Shown piece by piece: positions 63,533 through 64,000 of a DNA stretch of 64,000 bases. This DNA comes from an uncultured Mediterraneibacter sp. (lineage in GTDB: Bacteria; Bacillota; Clostridia; Lachnospirales; Lachnospiraceae). Numbering within the stretch: the stretch's first letter is position 1; every line of letters begins with the position of its first letter. The stretch lies in the NCBI GenBank assembly GCA_944377805.1, contig CALWFZ010000005.1:50697-114696 (forward strand), in the 5' to 3' direction. The position numbers and the translations under genes are program-made. Under the pieces are notes generated by a model, which saw only the letters and a list, made by a program, of their open reading frames with translations, was not told where the DNA came from and did no database searches.

Positions 63533-64000
63533 ATGACATTAGAACAATTTTTTAAACAGGTGCCAAAGGCCGCCGTGGCTTTTTCAGGTGGAACCGATTC
63601 TGCATTTCTGCTGTGGCTGGCCCGGGAATATGGCTGTGATGTACATGCTTATTATGTGAAAACTGTGTTTCAGCCGTCTTTTGAGCTTGAGGACGCTCTG
63701 AGGGTTACGGGAGAACTGGGGATTCCCCTGAGTGTGGTGGAAAAAGACGTCCTTTCTGTTCCCGGGGCTGCGGCCAACGGGGAAGATCGATGCTATCACT
63801 GCAAGAGAGCTCTGTTTACAGGGCTGTGGGAAGCTGTAAGAGAAGACGGGTATGAGGTTCTGCTGGACGGAACGAACGCATCGGATGATGCGGGGGACCG
63901 GCCTGGTATGCGTGCGCTTAAGGAACTGAATGTGCGCTCGCCGCTCCGGGAGTGCGGAATTACAAAGAAAGAGGTACGGGAGCGTTCAAGAGAAGCAGGG
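63533..64000 (+). CDS. larE: PP-loop ATP-dependent sulfur transferase, LarE-like (3' end beyond the window)
   Basis: It is not in the ORF track because no stop lies inside the window. The translation is MTLEQFFKQVPKAAVAFSGGTDSAFLL...RCYHCKRALF...LDGTNASD (SGGxDS PP-loop). RBS is GAGGTGA. Confidence 0.75.
   Translation, partial: MTLEQFFKQVPKAAVAFSGGTDSAFLLWLAREYGCDVHAYYVKTVFQPSFELEDALRVTGELGIPLSVVEKDVLSVPGAAANGEDRCYHCKRALFTGLWEAVREDGYEVLLDGTNASDDAGDRPGMRALKELNVRSPLRECGITKKEVRERSREAG

Overview
This 64-kb window looks like a chromosomal segment of a Gram-positive anaerobe (Clostridia, possibly Lachnospiraceae-like). That lineage call is an inference from a T-box leader, CIRCE operators, Shine-Dalgarno-rich starts, strong plus-strand gene bias and gene content. 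GC is about 50% by hand counts. Most of the window is core housekeeping. It carries argF, a Met T-box plus metG, a McsA-like gene plus clpC, marR, yaaA, sod and an EndoQ-like nuclease. It also carries cvfB, dnaE, pfkA, murI, cls, coaX, dusB, greA, lysS, lon, a YclNOPQ-like siderophore ABC transporter, hsp20, sortase B and larE (cut by the window end). No rRNA, tRNA or CRISPR array was found. Five things stand out. (1) An 8.7-kb gene encodes a 2,896-aa surface zinc metalloprotease of the M26/ZmpB-IgA1-protease type. Its N-terminus reads like a complete anchored cohesin protein fused in frame, through a two-helix membrane hairpin, to a dockerin-bearing enzyme. (2) A Lon-derived AAA+ gene lacking the protease domain lies 66 nt downstream of that gene and is convergent with canonical lon. 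Canonical lon sits behind a perfect CIRCE operator, and a second near-perfect CIRCE precedes hsp20. (3) A roughly 90-nt repeat family has four same-orientation copies, each starting right after the T-run of a plus-strand terminator. One copy lies inside the metG T-box leader. (4) An AT-rich mosaic island at about 49.7-56.4 kb is built from decayed mobile-element pieces. These include a truncated YdcF gene, an XRE fragment, an XRE pair, a relaxase remnant, a Bce-like TCS/ABC module, and a permease fused in frame to an integrase C-terminus. (5) A cytoplasmic operon encodes a BspA-type LRR protein, a VWA protein with a degenerate metallopeptidase motif, and a MoxR-like AAA+ ATPase. All functional calls come from reading the translated ORFs and motifs by eye. 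No database search was run.
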